Shown here: positions 27,698 through 37,000 of the stretch, one piece after another
Numbering within the stretch: position 1 is the stretch's first letter
How the letters are laid out: every line of letters begins with the position of its first letter
IMG/VR virus record: IMGVR_UViG_2681813556_000004
Location: 1 to 64,000 of that record
Strand: one strand, 5' to 3'
Source of the DNA: a virus
Lineage: Duplodnaviria; Caudoviricetes
DNA: 64,000 bases
Translations under genes and position numbers: made by a program
The notes under the pieces: generated by a model
What the model saw: only the letters and a program-made list of their open reading frames with translations
What the model was told of the DNA's origin: nothing
Databases searched by the model: none

Positions 27698-27916
27698 ATG
27701 GTACTGGAGCGTGGAAGCTGGAAGGTTAGGGTTGCTTGTCGCGGTTGCGGCAAGCGTGTGGTGTTGTGGCTGGACGATATCCCGCTGTGGCTTCATGGTA
27801 TGGGGTCGATCACCGAAGAGGGGCTTGCCCGGATGCGATGCCAAAACTGCGGCCAGACCCACCCTCGCACTGAGGTCTACTGGGCACAGGGGGCCTTCAA
27901 GGCACCAAAGCGATGA
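27698..27916 (+). CDS. Small zinc-ribbon protein (2x CxxC), LexA-box preceded
   Basis: VACRGCG...MRCQNCGQ, 72 aa. Confidence 0.65.
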   Translation: MVLERGSWKVRVACRGCGKRVVLWLDDIPLWLHGMGSITEEGLARMRCQNCGQTHPRTEVYWAQGAFKAPKR

Positions 27917-28360
27917 GGGAGTTGTCGCGCCGTGGCCATTTTGGATCTCCTATCTTGCTGCCATGCAAGCACCCCAACCGGCAGTATGGCTGGAAGGCAC
28001 ACAGGGTCCGCCTGGTGCTGCGCGGAGGGTGGCGTAGGTTCCGAAGGGCGGCAAGCGGGCGGCGAGTCTGCATCATAGGCTACATCACAAGCAGACGCCC
28101 GATCGCGCTGGCCGAACAGTTTGAAGAGTCGTCAAAAGGAGCCAATCAGGGACTTTCAACGACACCGTAATGAACCGCAGTCTTCGCTCGCACGACTGAA
28201 AAGCAGATACCAACTGGCAGGACCGCGCTGTGCTTGCCGGAGGGAACTCGATATGGACTTGCAAAGCCCGAAGTACTCTGGTGAGGTAACGTCAATCAAT
28301 CCTGACGCTGATCAGCAACCATACCTAAAGTAGGTCCTGTAACGTCATTTGGGAGAAATA

Positions 28361-28909
28361 ATGTATTTGATCGTTGTAATTTTGAATGTGGCGGTCTTGA
28401 TCCTTGCCCTGCTTGGCCTCTCCGCGCGCAGAGGGAGAAGTAAGATATATTTGGCGCAGTTGGACCTAATATCCTATATACTCACATCTGCAACAGTTTT
28501 AATGCTTGTTATGGCGACACAAGGACAGATTAACCAAATCTTCATTGATGCGACTGGCAAAGACAAGGACTTATTTTATTCACGCGCTGAGCTTTATCTG
28601 TTCTTGGAAGAAGGATGTGGCCGCGAGCCCGAGTGTGCCGCAGTGAAACGTGAAATAGTAGCCATTGCTAACCCTAGGGGTATTTCCAAGTCACCATCGC
28701 GGGTTAATTCAGATGTGAGTCGCATTCCTGAACTCGCCGCACGCGTTGCGCATTACAATTCCGCGTTCGATCAGAGGAATGCGCGGGCAAATATTCTATT
28801 CTTTAGTCTTGCATTCTGGATTTCATCCGCTGCGCTCTGCGGTGTGGTAATTGGGATATGGCGACGTACTCTTGTGTTAAGAGAGGCTATTGCAGATCAA
28901 AAGACTTAA
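28361..28909 (+). CDS. 3-TM inner-membrane protein (moron)
   Basis: Two N-terminal and one C-terminal hydrophobic helices; GGGAGA RBS before ATG 28361; low GC. Confidence 0.7.
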   Translation: MYLIVVILNVAVLILALLGLSARRGRSKIYLAQLDLISYILTSATVLMLVMATQGQINQIFIDATGKDKDLFYSRAELYLFLEEGCGREPECAAVKREIVAIANPRGISKSPSRVNSDVSRIPELAARVAHYNSAFDQRNARANILFFSLAFWISSAALCGVVIGIWRRTLVLREAIADQKT

Positions 28910-29484
28910 GCGCCAGGTGGCAACAACAAAACAGCATATTCTACGATGCCCGCATAATCACCTTGCCAGCGGATCACAGAGTTCTGATGGCCGGTCGCAC
29001 TCTGGCCCTGACGGCTCCTCTGCCGGAACTGCTAGCAGTAGCTCCATCTCCATCGCTAGCATGTCGGCCGGGTTCTGCTGCGTGCCCGATGAACGGGGGC
29101 TTTGGGGCGCGTGACGAAGAAGCATCTTGACAGTGCGACAGTAGGCTTCGGGCTGCCTATGTCTATGGGCCCAGACCAGTACAAAGTGCGGTTTCCGGGC
29201 TTTCGCCACATCTGCGAGAGGCTCCTGTCAGATAGGAATAAGCGGCCATTCACGGCCCTGTCACGAGAACACCGATGCCGCAAAGGCCATTAAGGCTAGC
29301 TTGTCGTGCCTAAGTCCTACTGATTACGCTTGTAGGGAGTGAGGGTGAAGCCCTAAGCTCAATTTTAGGGTATGATGTCGTGGGGGCAGAATAGTCCGTT
29401 TGCGGCAATAGCAAGAGGTTGTACGGTAGAATTTGGGTTGCATCATGCCTTCAGAAGCAATCCGCAAACTTTGAGGATTTTGAC

Positions 29485-30279
29485 TTGGTAATACTAGAGT
29501 GGACTAAACCCGGAATATGGATTGAGGGCATAGACAAAGATGCGGCATGGCGAATCAGCAGGCAAATAGAATGTCTGGAGGGCGCAATCTTAGAGGCAAT
29601 TGTAACGCTCAATATGTTCGATCAAGTTCAAGCTTCTAGGCAGAATATGGAGCGCGATAGGGGCGAGTTTGAGGCTCGCAGAAAAATATCCCGCGAAGTA
29701 GAAGCGGAATTATTTCCCGACGGCATGATGCCAACGGGAATGCCGAATGAGGATTTTGGAGAAGAGTTCGACAAAAGAAGACTTCTTGTGGATGCTAAGG
29801 TTCGCCACCAGATGTGGCAGCGCGGATTTTTGCCTCAGAGCCTTCTGAGCAAGCCGCCGTTTATCTTTGCGAAAGCGTTCATTCACGCATTGGATTTGTT
29901 TGACAAGTTTCTTGAAGACATAGCGAAGGATCTAGACGCGCCAAATAGCATAAAAGACATTCACAGGAGTTTCCGCGTTTCTCTTCCTGATTTGCGAGGG
30001 ATTCGCAACTCAATTCAACATTCCGAAGACCGATCCAAGGGTGAACACTATGGAAAGAAGATAAATCTGAAGAGGGTCGATAAGTCCAAAATCGGCATTG
30101 AAGGCACTGCTCTCGTAAATATGGCCTTGAATGGGAATAAATTTGGCACGACGATGTCTGATGGCCACTACGGTGCAGTAGACGTGTCAGTGCAAACTAT
30201 CGACGTCCTGCGCAACACACTACTCGAGGTCTACTCGGCTTTCGAATGGAAAGGTGGGGAAAGGCTCTATCCTAGTTAA
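29485..30279 (+). CDS. Hypothetical protein with HEPN-like Rx4H motif (moron)
   Basis: DLRGIRNSIQHSEDR; all-helical look; GAGG RBS before in-frame TTG 29485; low GC. Confidence 0.7.
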   Translation: MVILEWTKPGIWIEGIDKDAAWRISRQIECLEGAILEAIVTLNMFDQVQASRQNMERDRGEFEARRKISREVEAELFPDGMMPTGMPNEDFGEEFDKRRLLVDAKVRHQMWQRGFLPQSLLSKPPFIFAKAFIHALDLFDKFLEDIAKDLDAPNSIKDIHRSFRVSLPDLRGIRNSIQHSEDRSKGEHYGKKINLKRVDKSKIGIEGTALVNMALNGNKFGTTMSDGHYGAVDVSVQTIDVLRNTLLEVYSAFEWKGGERLYPS

Positions 30280-30623
30280 GTGGCAGCCTCAAATGGGTTT
30301 CTGCCCCCTACCAGAAGCTACCTCATATTTTTAAAGGCCATACGCTCGCATACTCCTGACGTATTCCGGTCATCCGTGCGACCACAGCGAAGTAGGGCTT
30401 TGTCCGCAGATTGTGAGTTCACTTGCAGCGAGATCTAGCAGTCGCGGCTAATAGCCGTTCCGAGGGGCCAAACCGCTGAATTTGCTCCCAAAGGTGAAAG
30501 GCTGCTTTGGGCCGAGCCCAACCTGCCAAGTTCAGCTTCCCTTTCGTCGCTTAACAGGATGATCTGCTGTCGTAGATTGGCAAGTGGTGTCTTTGGCGTG
30601 GCGGCGTCGGGCCCCGAAGGCCT

Positions 30624-31112
30624 TCAGTTGCGCAGCGTTTGCATGAAACGCTCGTGATCGGCGTCCATCTGGCGCATCCGGTCCTGTCCCCACTGCATCC
30701 GGTCCTGCCCCCATTGCTGAATCGCGCCCATACGCTCGCCATGCGTGGCACCCAGCGGGTTCACGCCGGGTGCCATGGGTTGCTGCACCATGCCCTGCAC
30801 CTGCTGGTAGGTGTTGACCAACTGGCCATAGGCGTTCTGGTAGTAGGCGCAGGCTTGCTGGTTGCCCTGAACCTGGCAGTCGTAGCCAGCATTCAGCATC
30901 GCCAGGCCTTCCTGCTGGACGGCCTGATGGGCCTGGCAGGCCTGTGGATTGCCCATCTGGCAGTAGGTGCCATAGACCATGGCGAGTTCGCTCAGCGCCT
31001 GAACGACCTGCGGGTCGGCGGTCTGGCGCCAGTGGTCGGCTGACACCTGACCAGAGGTGGTCGCGGAGAGCAAAATCGCAACGAAGGCGGCCCGCGCCGG
31101 AAACATGGACAT
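30624..31112 (-). CDS. Secreted Gln-rich protein with paired cysteines
   Basis: Signal peptide; two CQxxGNxQAC units; QWGQDRM tandem repeat. Confidence 0.7.
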   Translation of the reverse strand: MSMFPARAAFVAILLSATTSGQVSADHWRQTADPQVVQALSELAMVYGTYCQMGNPQACQAHQAVQQEGLAMLNAGYDCQVQGNQQACAYYQNAYGQLVNTYQQVQGMVQQPMAPGVNPLGATHGERMGAIQQWGQDRMQWGQDRMRQMDADHERFMQTLRN

Positions 31113-31236
31113 GTTGGGATCCCTTTCCTGAAATCGGCTGACGCAGAAGTTCGCGCCAACAGGCTACGACCGCGCAGATGATTCTGGAAAGCCCGATCTT
31201 GGAGGGGGTGGGACGACCGACCGGACCAGCTATCAG

Positions 31237-31461
31237 CTAGCAACGCCCGCCATTCCGCAGTGCTAGGCTGACCAAGGTTGCGAGCCGCTTTGTCACTTGA
31301 TCTGCATCTTTCGCGGCGGCTTCGAAGCCTGAAGCCAGTTCCTCGCGGCCTGCCGGGCTGCTGACGATTCCCTCTGCCATCCCGAGGATCATTGCCACGG
31401 CCGCGTTCCGCGTATCGACGAGCTCGCGCTCCAGTCGAATAAGTTCTTCTTCCTTCGCCAT
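31237..31461 (-). CDS. Small hypothetical protein
   Basis: GGAGG RBS, 74 aa, helical. Confidence 0.6.
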   Translation of the reverse strand: MAKEEELIRLERELVDTRNAAVAMILGMAEGIVSSPAGREELASGFEAAAKDADQVTKRLATLVSLALRNGGRC

Positions 31462-31514
31462 ATCGAACCTCCTGCGGGCAACTTGTGTCCGCAGGAGAGA
31501 TTCGGCAAGTGGGG

Positions 31515-31841
31515 TCAGCGGCATCCCTTTCTCTGGCGCTCGCTGTCAATTTCCTGAATGTGTCCTTTCGCAACCGCGATTGCTGCCTCTTTGTCGTTGC
31601 CGGACATGCTCGAAAGCGGCAGGCCAAGCAAGAAGACGCCAAGTGCATCGCCGTTTTGCGCGGACTTCTGTTCAGCGCTCAGATTGGTAAGATCGTGGCT
31701 GATTTTCAGTCGCTGCTGGGCGAGCTGGGCGCAGCTTTGTCCCCGGTAGATGCCGGAACCAATATCTACGGCTGCGATTTGATCCGGTGATTTTGCGCAC
31801 GCTGATGCGAGCAATGCGGCAATGATTACAATCTTCTTCAC
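31515..31841 (-). CDS. Lipoprotein
   Basis: MKKIVIIAALLASAC lipobox; GGAG RBS before GTG. Confidence 0.75.
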   Translation of the reverse strand: MKKIVIIAALLASACAKSPDQIAAVDIGSGIYRGQSCAQLAQQRLKISHDLTNLSAEQKSAQNGDALGVFLLGLPLSSMSGNDKEAAIAVAKGHIQEIDSERQRKGCR

Positions 31842-31999
31842 GTTCAACTCCAAGTTGGCAGAGACAAGAGTTCACGCATTCGTGAGTTTGTAAAGATCAA
31901 GATTTCACCACGCATGAGAAAGCGGCGACGCGCAGTCCAGAGGCATGTGGATGAGAGGAACGGCTCCGAATCCAGCCGCCGGTGCGAGCCAGCAGCAAT

Positions 32000-32248
32000 C
32001 TAGTGGCTACCGACTTGCACCCACCCTGCCAGCCCGGCCTGACGGCTGCCACAGGCGCGCAAGGCTGCTCGGTCGCGGCCCCAGAACACCTCCACCTCCT
32101 GATCGGTCAAGCTGCGCTCTGGCAGTGCCACCGGCACGGCACAGGGCAGGATCAGGCTGGGCGGCGGGGCGTGCCGCGGGGCATCAGTAGCGGTTGAGCC
32201 GCAGGACGCGACCAGCAGGCAGGCCGCAGCCAGTTGCAGGGTCCGCAT
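32000..32248 (-). CDS. o-spanin (Rz1-like lipoprotein)
   Basis: LLVASC lipobox, Pro-rich, two further Cys; overlaps the i-spanin 3' end. Confidence 0.75.
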   Translation of the reverse strand: MRTLQLAAACLLVASCGSTATDAPRHAPPPSLILPCAVPVALPERSLTDQEVEVFWGRDRAALRACGSRQAGLAGWVQVGSH

Positions 32249-32492
32249 GGGCCATGTCCTCCAGTTGTCGTGCAAGCTCTGCCGCCTGTGCCTCGGCCAT
32301 CAGCCGGTCTGCCTCGATCGCTGCCGCTGCATGGGCAGCCTCCAGGGCCTCGGCCTGCACCCTTGCAAGTGCGGCAAGATGGCGATCCTCCGCAGAGCCT
32401 GCCCCGAGGCGCCAGCCCGTGCCGAACGCGCTGACGAGGCAGGCCAACGCGGCCAGGATGAACCAGGGGTTGGGCAGCATCCGCAACATCAT
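32184..32492 (-). CDS. i-spanin (Rz-like)
   Basis: N-terminal TM then Ala-rich coiled coil, C-terminal Cys; directly after endolysin. Confidence 0.75.
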   Translation of the reverse strand: MMLRMLPNPWFILAALACLVSAFGTGWRLGAGSAEDRHLAALARVQAEALEAAHAAAAIEADRLMAEAQAAELARQLEDMAHADPATGCGLPAGRVLRLNRY

Positions 32493-33124
32493 GGCCGTCC
32501 CAGCCAGTCCGGGACGAAGAAGCCGGGACAGCCCTTCGCCGCATATTCATTGTGCCCGCTGACGCGCGTGATCCGGGTTCGGCCGGAAATGGCTGCGATC
32601 TGCTGGCGCAGCGTCACGGCCTGCTCAGGGGTGAAGTGACGTTCGAAGCTGTCCGATGCGGCGGCTTCATGTCCGCCGATCAGGCAGATGCCGATGCTGC
32701 CCTGATTGCGCTCGACCACATGCGCCCCGATCTGGGTCTCGGGCCGACCGGGCAGGATCAGACCATCGCGCCCGATGATCCAGTGATAGCCGATGTCGCG
32801 CCAACCATTGCCCTGAACATGCCAGCGGCGGATCTCTGCAACCTGTTCCAACAGGGGGCGGCCCGCCATCCAATCGGGCAAGGTTGCCGCGCAATGTACC
32901 ACGATTTCCTCGACGGGATAGCGTGCTGCACCTTGATAGAGGACAGAGGCCGTTTTCGCGGCCAGGGGCGCCGGTGCAGATTGCCCGTTCTCCCGCCCCC
33001 AGGCAGCCACCGCCGACGCGGTACGATTGCCCCAGAGGCCGTCAACCGGACCGGGATCGAACCCCGCAGCAGTCAGGAGCCCCTGCAAGGCCTTGATGGC
33101 ATCTTTCGTCAGAACGGCAGACAC
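32489..33124 (-). CDS. Endolysin: PG-binding domain + N-acetylmuramoyl-L-alanine amidase (Amidase_2)
   Basis: LQGLL...GPVDGLWG..T (PG-binding); IVVHCAAT, DIGYHW, GAHV, GHNEYAAKGCPGF. Confidence 0.92.
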   Translation of the reverse strand: MSAVLTKDAIKALQGLLTAAGFDPGPVDGLWGNRTASAVAAWGRENGQSAPAPLAAKTASVLYQGAARYPVEEIVVHCAATLPDWMAGRPLLEQVAEIRRWHVQGNGWRDIGYHWIIGRDGLILPGRPETQIGAHVVERNQGSIGICLIGGHEAAASDSFERHFTPEQAVTLRQQIAAISGRTRITRVSGHNEYAAKGCPGFFVPDWLGRP

Positions 33125-33217
33125 AGTTTCACCCCCAGATAGATTGCGATGACAGCCCCGGCAAAAATCCAGGCCCGCGCTTCCTCGCGCAGGGCGCATT
33201 GGATCGGGCTGGATGGC

Positions 33218-33610
33218 TTACGCTCCACGGTCTTGCCCATCCCCACCTCCCGATGTGTGCTGGCGCCCCCGCGCCTCGATGACGGCAATGACGATCTTTG
33301 CGCCGCTGATCCCCATCATCCCTGCGATGAATCCGGCCATGGCCTGGGAGTCGCCACTCTCCGGCGACACGCCGGGCAAGAGCCCGATAGCCGCCAGAAC
33401 CAGCGGCCAGAGGTAGCTGCCCACCAGAATGCCGGTGAAGACGGACAGGATGCCTTCGCGGATCCGCTTGCGTTCCGAGGCCAGCCAGCGAACGAGGCCG
33501 CCAGCCCCGGAAGCTACGACAATGCGGCCGGCCTCGCCGCTCAGCCAGGCGATGGCGCCGGCACCCAGCACCAGAAAGTCGTTCAGGACGGGGAGGAGAT
33601 GATCAGGCAC
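33218..33610 (-). CDS. Holin (putative)
   Basis: 130 aa with 2-3 TM segments immediately upstream of endolysin. Confidence 0.7.
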   Translation of the reverse strand: MPDHLLPVLNDFLVLGAGAIAWLSGEAGRIVVASGAGGLVRWLASERKRIREGILSVFTGILVGSYLWPLVLAAIGLLPGVSPESGDSQAMAGFIAGMMGISGAKIVIAVIEARGRQHTSGGGDGQDRGA

Positions 33611-34004
33611 GGCGCAGCCCCTTTACGACTGCCCCGGCCAGAAACAGCGGCAACACATAGGGCAGTCGGCGCCGAAGGCGTCGCGGGCCGAACATGGGAT
33701 GGATGTTGCAAATCCAGCCCCGACCACGCACCCACAGCGCGGCATGGGCGGTGCCACGGTCGGTCCTGCCGACCCACAGCGCCATCCGCAGCACGGCGAT
33801 ATTGAGGATCAATCTCCACCAGGACCGCTGGCTGAGGATCCATGCGGCTGTCAGTGCGAAATCATCGCAGTCACCGATCAGCGGCCCATCCTCTGCATCG
33901 AGGATGGTCCAGCGATCCGTGGCTTCGGCCTGATAGCGGAACCGCAGACGAAGATCGTCCAGAGGATCGACCCAATCTGCGCGGGGGGGAATATGCGACG
34001 GCAT
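33603..34004 (-). CDS. Transglutaminase-like cysteine peptidase (BTLCP-like), putative
   Basis: GDCDDFA nucleophile motif, later HAALW and WICN as possible His/Asn of a triad. Confidence 0.55.
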   Translation of the reverse strand: MPSHIPPRADWVDPLDDLRLRFRYQAEATDRWTILDAEDGPLIGDCDDFALTAAWILSQRSWWRLILNIAVLRMALWVGRTDRGTAHAALWVRGRGWICNIHPMFGPRRLRRRLPYVLPLFLAGAVVKGLRRA

Positions 34005-34094
34005 TCGGACTCCTGCGTGTCATGCCCGAAGGCACGTCCCGCGCACGTCCTATGCGTCGATTGACCCACACATACCAAATCTGGATGCGGCCCG

Positions 34095-37000
34095 CTAGTT
34101 GAAGATTGCCGGTGCCCTTTCGCTCCTGATCCGGTCGTTCAGCTTCGGGTTCAGCGAGACGCCGAACTCGTTGCGCTCGCTGGCCCGGATGCGCCCCAGC
34201 ATCGACTGCCGCAGGGTGTCCGATGTGATCGGATATTCGGGGTAGCGCATGTTGAAGTCGCGGATTGCGTCGATCACGCCTTCCGGGATCGGCTGGCCCG
34301 ACCGAAGGGCATCGCCTGCCTCACGGTGCAAGGATTTGCGCTCATCGGTGATGCGGCGCTCGACATTCCTCAGCCGGTTGTTGATCCGATACCGCTCGGC
34401 CAGTTGCGCGGGTGTGAAGCCGCTGGCCTGCATGATCGCCTGATACGGGCTGACATCCTCGATCAGCGGATCGCCGTTGCGAGTGATTGCACCCTCGGTG
34501 CTGAACCTGCCAGCCTTCATCAGGTCGCGCACGGCCTTGGGCACTGCCGCCTCGATCCCGCGCCACCAGTCCCCATCTCCGATGTAGTCGAGCCCTCGAT
34601 AGAACCCCAGGGGAATGCCCGCGACCGGCCCAAGCAGTTCGCGCATATGGGCGTCGTAGAGATCCTGCCCCTCCAGATCGCGGTCATCCCCGCGGAACCA
34701 CAGGTTTGGCATCCCGACACGCTCCGTCAGATCGGCGCCCAGAACCCGGCCAGGTACGCCGCTCATGGCCATGCCCATGGCATAGTTCCAGGCCGCCACG
34801 CCGGGGGTGTCGCCCTCCATCAGCAAGGCATCCTGCAACCATTCCTCGGCATCGTCGCCCCCACCGGGGAAGAAGGCGCCAAGAAGCATCATCAGCAGGC
34901 CATAGCCCCATGTGCCGCGAATACCGGCATGGGCCATCATGGATAGGGTGATGCCGATCAACTGCGACCGGGCTTCTGCGCGTTCCTGCTTGCTGGCCCC
35001 GTGCAGTGATTGATGGGTATCGCGGAACAGCCGCCACAGCATGTTGACCACGAAGTTCTTCATGCTGGTCACGATGCGCGCCAGATCCCCTTGCATTGCG
35101 CGGGGACGGCTGCTGGACTGGTAGTCGAAATGCACCTCCCACGTCATGTCGGCTGCGGCATCGATCGCTGCCAGCCCGCTCAACCCGTCCGCTTTGGCCA
35201 GCCGGTAGCCCGCAAGGAATGTCACCTCCCGGTTCAGGCGTTCGGCATGGTGGAACATCCAGCCGATCTTGCGCATGACGCGCTCACGCACCGCACTGTA
35301 TTCCACGCCGGTTTCGGCCACGGCAGCAAGATCATGCGCCTGGGTCTTGTCGATGGTGCCCCGGCGATAGGCCTCGTTCAGCGCATCGCGTTCGTCTTGT
35401 GCCAGTCCTTCGGCATTGGCCGCGCTCCATGTCTCGCGCCAGTTGGCGCCGCGACCCTTGGAAAAGTCGCGCAATGCCCGCGCCAGTTCCGCTGATACGC
35501 CAGAGACGCCCGCCTTCCTGAACCGTGTCGCCATCAACGGGATGCCCACCACGGTCGTTTGCGTCAGGTTGGCGACCGCCGCCGCCGGTGTTGCGCCAAG
35601 ATACCAGATGAAGGCGAGGTTGGTCAGGCCAGCCGCCCAGGCACTGGTCAGGGGCTCCATGGTGAAGTCGTGGCGGCGTTGCATTTCCCGCACAACTGCC
35701 CCCATCCGGTTCGGATTGTCCGATTTGCGCGCCTCAAGCTCGGCCTCGTCCATGTGATCTTCCAGCAGGATGCCGTATTTGAGACGGGCAAGCTGGTGCG
35801 CGCCATGGAACATGTGCTTGCCAAAGGCGCGATAGGCATCGCGGTTATAGCCAGCACGCCCCTTGCGATGGACCTTCGAGGTGCGGATCGAGCTATCCGG
35901 CAAGGTTTCCAACCACCGCTGCCAGACCGCATCCATCACTTCGAAATTGGCCCCGGACTCGGCCAGCACCTTTTCCACATCGGCAACGAAGGTGGGATCG
36001 ACCTGTGACCGTAGCGCGCCCTTGTTCGAGACCAGACCATGCTGGACGCGACCGGGATGCAGTGCCTCCTGTTCACGAACGAACGCCTGCTGCTGGCTCT
36101 CGCGCTCGAAGCGGGAGAAGGACATCACCTCGCCTTGCTCGTTGCGCACGGTGACAAAGTAGTCACCAAAGCGCGCCAAGGGCACATAAGGCCCCTTCAT
36201 CCGGTTCTGTTCGAACATCTTGCGCAGGGCCGTCAGGCGTGCCCGCGCCGCAAATCCACCGCGCGCCTTCACCGCATCCAGCTTTGCCTGTGCCTCTGCC
36301 AGCGCATCGGTTTTTTCCTGCCCGGTCAGACCCTCATCCTGAATCCGCCGGGCTTCCTTGTGGAAGGCGCGCTCGGCGCGCTTCAACCCGATCCGCGTTG
36401 CGTTTTGCAGGTTCTCCATCACCGCCTTGTCGAAGTCGTCCGCAATGGCGGTGTATTCGGCCAGCACCTTGCCATACATCGCCTTGAATGGCTCGGGCAG
36501 CGCATCATAGGCCCGCTTCAACTCCATGTGGGCCTCGGCTTTGCGGGCCGCGGCCTCCAGCGTGGCGCGTGCCCATGCCTCGGCACTGTCCCCGCGCCGG
36601 GACAGTTCCTCGCGCGCCCGTTGCAGCCAGACATGATCGGAGGGCAAAGGCTTGGAGGGATCGACCCCGGCCAGCGTGGCGCGGTGCATGAGGTCCATCA
36701 TGTCGTCATTCGCCCTCGGGTCTTTGCGCCGCAGATCCAGCCATTCCTGCGCCACGGCATCCGCTCGGCCATGCCAGGCATTGCGCAAGGCATCCATTTC
36801 CTCCTTGGTCCGCAGATAGGCCCGCGCCGACACCAATCGCTTGCCAAGCTCCATGAACAGCGGGCGGCCCGGTACCAGCGAGAGCAGGTTGTATTCGCCA
36901 TCGCGCCCCTTGCCGACCATGGCGTCGGTCAGGATCGAGGACACGAAGGCACCGGGTTCCTTCCAGTGGTGACTGCCAATCAGGCCCTTGGCCTTCGCTC

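Noticed and set aside
30667-30720. 21-nt tandem repeat
   Set aside because: In-frame coding repeat (QWGQDRM); two copies and no spacers, so not CRISPR
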